Of a stretch of DNA of 32,000 nt, positions 30,236-32,000 are shown one piece after another. Made by a program: the position numbers and the translations under genes. Location: contig NC_018267.1 in NCBI RefSeq assembly GCF_000306885.1, positions 210,001 to 242,000 of the forward strand. Reading direction: 5' to 3'. The notes beneath the pieces are model-generated. The model saw only the letters and a list, made by a program, of their open reading frames with translations. It was not told where the DNA came from and did no database searches. This stretch comes from Wolbachia endosymbiont of Onchocerca ochengi. Its GTDB lineage: Bacteria; Pseudomonadota; Alphaproteobacteria; Rickettsiales; Anaplasmataceae. The number at the start of each line of letters is the position of its first letter. Positions within the stretch are counted from its first letter, which is position 1.

Positions 30236-30696
30236 ACAGATGATCATAGTAATCCATTACAATCTAAAGAAAAAAAGAATAAAAAAGTATAGCTCTTTCA
30301 TTGAGTAAAACCTCATACAAACAAAAACAATAGTAAAAGTACATTACCTGAAAAATAACTGAATAATAAAAATCTTTACATTATTCTTGCAGAAGTCGTA
30401 TTCTTTCAGTAAGAATAGCACATTGTTACAAGAGAAATAACATTGGGGTTGATAAAAGCAGGGTTATTTGTTTTATGACTGCAGTGTTTGCTATAACAGC
30501 ATCCGGATTGCATTTAAGCTTTCTATCAAACAAGTTAATATCTATTAATGTGAATCATCATGTTAATATCAACACATCAATAAATAATGATAAAAACCAA
30601 ATATATATTACACTTGCAGTAAACAAGTAAATACAGTTCTTGCTCGTTGATGTGGAAGTTGCTATAATTAAAAGATATTTAAGAAATATTTAGCTG

Positions 30697-31074
30697 ATGC
30701 ATATTCAATTGAACAGAGTTTTAGTTTTCATAGCCTTGCTGAGCTTCAGTTTCGCATCATACTCTAGCAAAGCAAGTTTAGCAAGTACTGAATTAAAGGA
30801 TATACAAGAAATAATAAAAAACTTTATTTTTTCATTCTCAGTTAAAGATATTATAGAGAATATGAGTCCTTCAACAATTATAGGGTTATGTATAATTGCA
30901 GTGATATTTGCAATAGTGTTCAGGGGCTTAATCTTTTTCATAATAATGTTTGTTGGCATGTTGGTTATGATGCTTGGTAGCATAGAAAAAGCAACGGATT
31001 ACCTGAAAGAGAAATTTAACTTCTCAAAAAGTACAAGCTTACAATCCGATAGCAAAAAAGACAAAGATTATTAA
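30697..31074 (+). CDS. Hypothetical exported membrane protein; possible T4SS pilin-like (VirB2-type topology) component
   Basis: 125-aa ORF. It has an N-terminal signal peptide (MHIQLNRVLVFIALLSFSFASYSSKA). Two adjacent hydrophobic helices follow (STIIGLCIIAVIFAIVF RGLIFFIIMFVGMLVMMLGS), then a charged tail. It sits 55 nt upstream of virB4 on the same strand. It lacks the VirB3 signature (TRP...GVP N-terminal hairpin). The VirB2 assignment rests on topology and context only. Confidence 0.45.
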   Translation: MHIQLNRVLVFIALLSFSFASYSSKASLASTELKDIQEIIKNFIFSFSVKDIIENMSPSTIIGLCIIAVIFAIVFRGLIFFIIMFVGMLVMMLGSIEKATDYLKEKFNFSKSTSLQSDSKKDKDY

Positions 31075-31129
31075 GTATCACTTGCAGCATTTTAGTTACC
31101 TTTTATTTATTAAATGTACACGATGTTAT

Positions 31130-32000
31130 ATGCAACCAAAAATACTAACAATTAATCCTAAGCTTGGTGGAAAAAATAAATTAAATTTAGCATTATTAAA
31201 AAGTATTGATTTAGATTTTATCCCCTACTCCTGCCATTATAATGAAGAAACCATATTAACAAAACAGGGAGAATTATTAAAAATAATCAAGTTAGAAGAC
31301 TATTTCTCTGCTGAGAACTATAGTGACCTTAGAACTGAAATTAGAAAAAGTATATCAAAAAATATCAATAGCCTATATTTTACCGTTTGGGTTCATACTG
31401 TTAGAAAGCGTAACAAATTCCGCTTAAAATGGAATAAAACTGGAGACTTTTCTGATAAATTACATTCAACTTGGTTTAATAAACTCACTGACAGCAAATT
31501 ACATTATATAAATGAGCTATATATTGTACTAGTGTTTAGCAATTTCGGTAAGTATATTAATAGTTCGTTTTTTCTCAGTAGAATAAAGAATGAGCATAAG
31601 CTGTCATTAAGAGAAAATCATCACGAATTAAGGAAGGTAACTGATTTAATTCAAAGTGATTTAAAACCTTTCGGGGCCAAGAAGCTTGGTCTTAGGTTTA
31701 GTGAGGGTAGAGTATATTCTGAAATGACAGAATTTCTCCATTACATCGTTACGTTAACACACAAAGATTATCCAATACGTGAAATAGATCTGTCGCAACA
31801 CATTAAAGATTTAAAGGTAGCTTTTGGCTTTAATACATTTCAAACAACATTTGAAAATCAACAAAAGTTTGGCTCTATCTTTTGCATAAAAGAATATCGG
31901 GAAATTCCATTAGAGAATATAGACAGGTGTTTACAGCTTGACTCTGAGTTTATTATTACAGAAATAATAATATTTACTAGTAACAATAAAGCAGTTAAAG
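31130..32000 (+). CDS. virB4: Type IV secretion ATPase VirB4 family, N-terminal 290 codons (continues beyond window)
   Basis: This ORF is absent from the ORF track because it has no stop inside the window. My translation from the ATG at 31130 is MQPKILTINPKLGGKNKLNLALLKSIDLDFIPYSCHYNEETILTKQGELLKIIKLEDY...FTVWVHTVRKR...GAKKLGLRF...FGSIFCIKEYREIPLENIDRCLQLDSEFIITEIIIF. It is open to the window end. The FIPYS.H....I.TK.G.L pattern and the later blocks match the VirB4/CagE N-terminal domain. Confidence 0.85.
   Translation, partial: MQPKILTINPKLGGKNKLNLALLKSIDLDFIPYSCHYNEETILTKQGELLKIIKLEDYFSAENYSDLRTEIRKSISKNINSLYFTVWVHTVRKRNKFRLKWNKTGDFSDKLHSTWFNKLTDSKLHYINELYIVLVFSNFGKYINSSFFLSRIKNEHKLSLRENHHELRKVTDLIQSDLKPFGAKKLGLRFSEGRVYSEMTEFLHYIVTLTHKDYPIREIDLSQHIKDLKVAFGFNTFQTTFENQQKFGSIFCIKEYREIPLENIDRCLQLDSEFIITEIIIFTSNNKAVK

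Noticed and set aside
1-32000. Search for CRISPR arrays, long tandem repeats, rRNA, IS elements with terminal inverted repeats, and prophage genes.
   Set aside because: I saw no regularly spaced direct repeats, no tandem repeat beyond the (AT)11 run and A-rich low-complexity tracts, no rRNA-like conserved blocks, and no transposase- or integrase-like translation. Shared 12-13-mers between spacers (e.g. AGAAAATCTAGAT at ~4503 and ~17482) occur at the frequency expected by chance in this composition.

Overview
This is an AT-rich chromosomal segment whose gene content fits an obligate intracellular alphaproteobacterium (Rickettsiales). An Anaplasmataceae or Wolbachia-like origin is my best guess, not a verified identification. 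All calls come from reading the supplied ORF track and translating by eye; no database search was run.

I support 14 intact housekeeping CDS: nth, icd, uvrD, trxA, an RNase D-like exonuclease, bamE, nrdB, secA, sucB, tsaB, sodB, an M16 peptidase, a cytochrome b561 and an NMO/FabK-family flavoprotein. There are also three tRNAs (Pro-TGG, Met/Ile2-CAT, Gly-GCC). The 3' end holds the start of a type IV secretion module: a signal-peptide plus two-TM ORF followed by the 5' 290 codons of a virB4 homologue that runs off the window.

The dominant feature is erosion. The intact genes sum to about 15.5 kb of 32 kb (~48%). The rest is stop-riddled spacer, including five blocks of 1.3-3.4 kb.

Two relics can be named:
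- A quinone oxidoreductase (qor) pseudogene at 6245-7136.
- The ruin of a large NB-ARC + 42-residue-TPR STAND NTPase at ~16.8-19.2 kb. Its Walker A, Walker B, RNBS-B, GLPL and TPR motifs are still readable in the correct order and spacing. This is the best find.

Other points worth a second look:
- A short GC-rich palindromic element is present twice, once inside the tsaB reading frame and once upstream of the T4SS genes.
- Thioredoxin has a WCRPC rather than WCGPC active site.
- The maximal secA ORF has a TM-like hydrophobic N-terminus.
- tRNA-Gly has an A:C mismatch in its acceptor stem.

I found no CRISPR array, rRNA, intact transposase or prophage gene.
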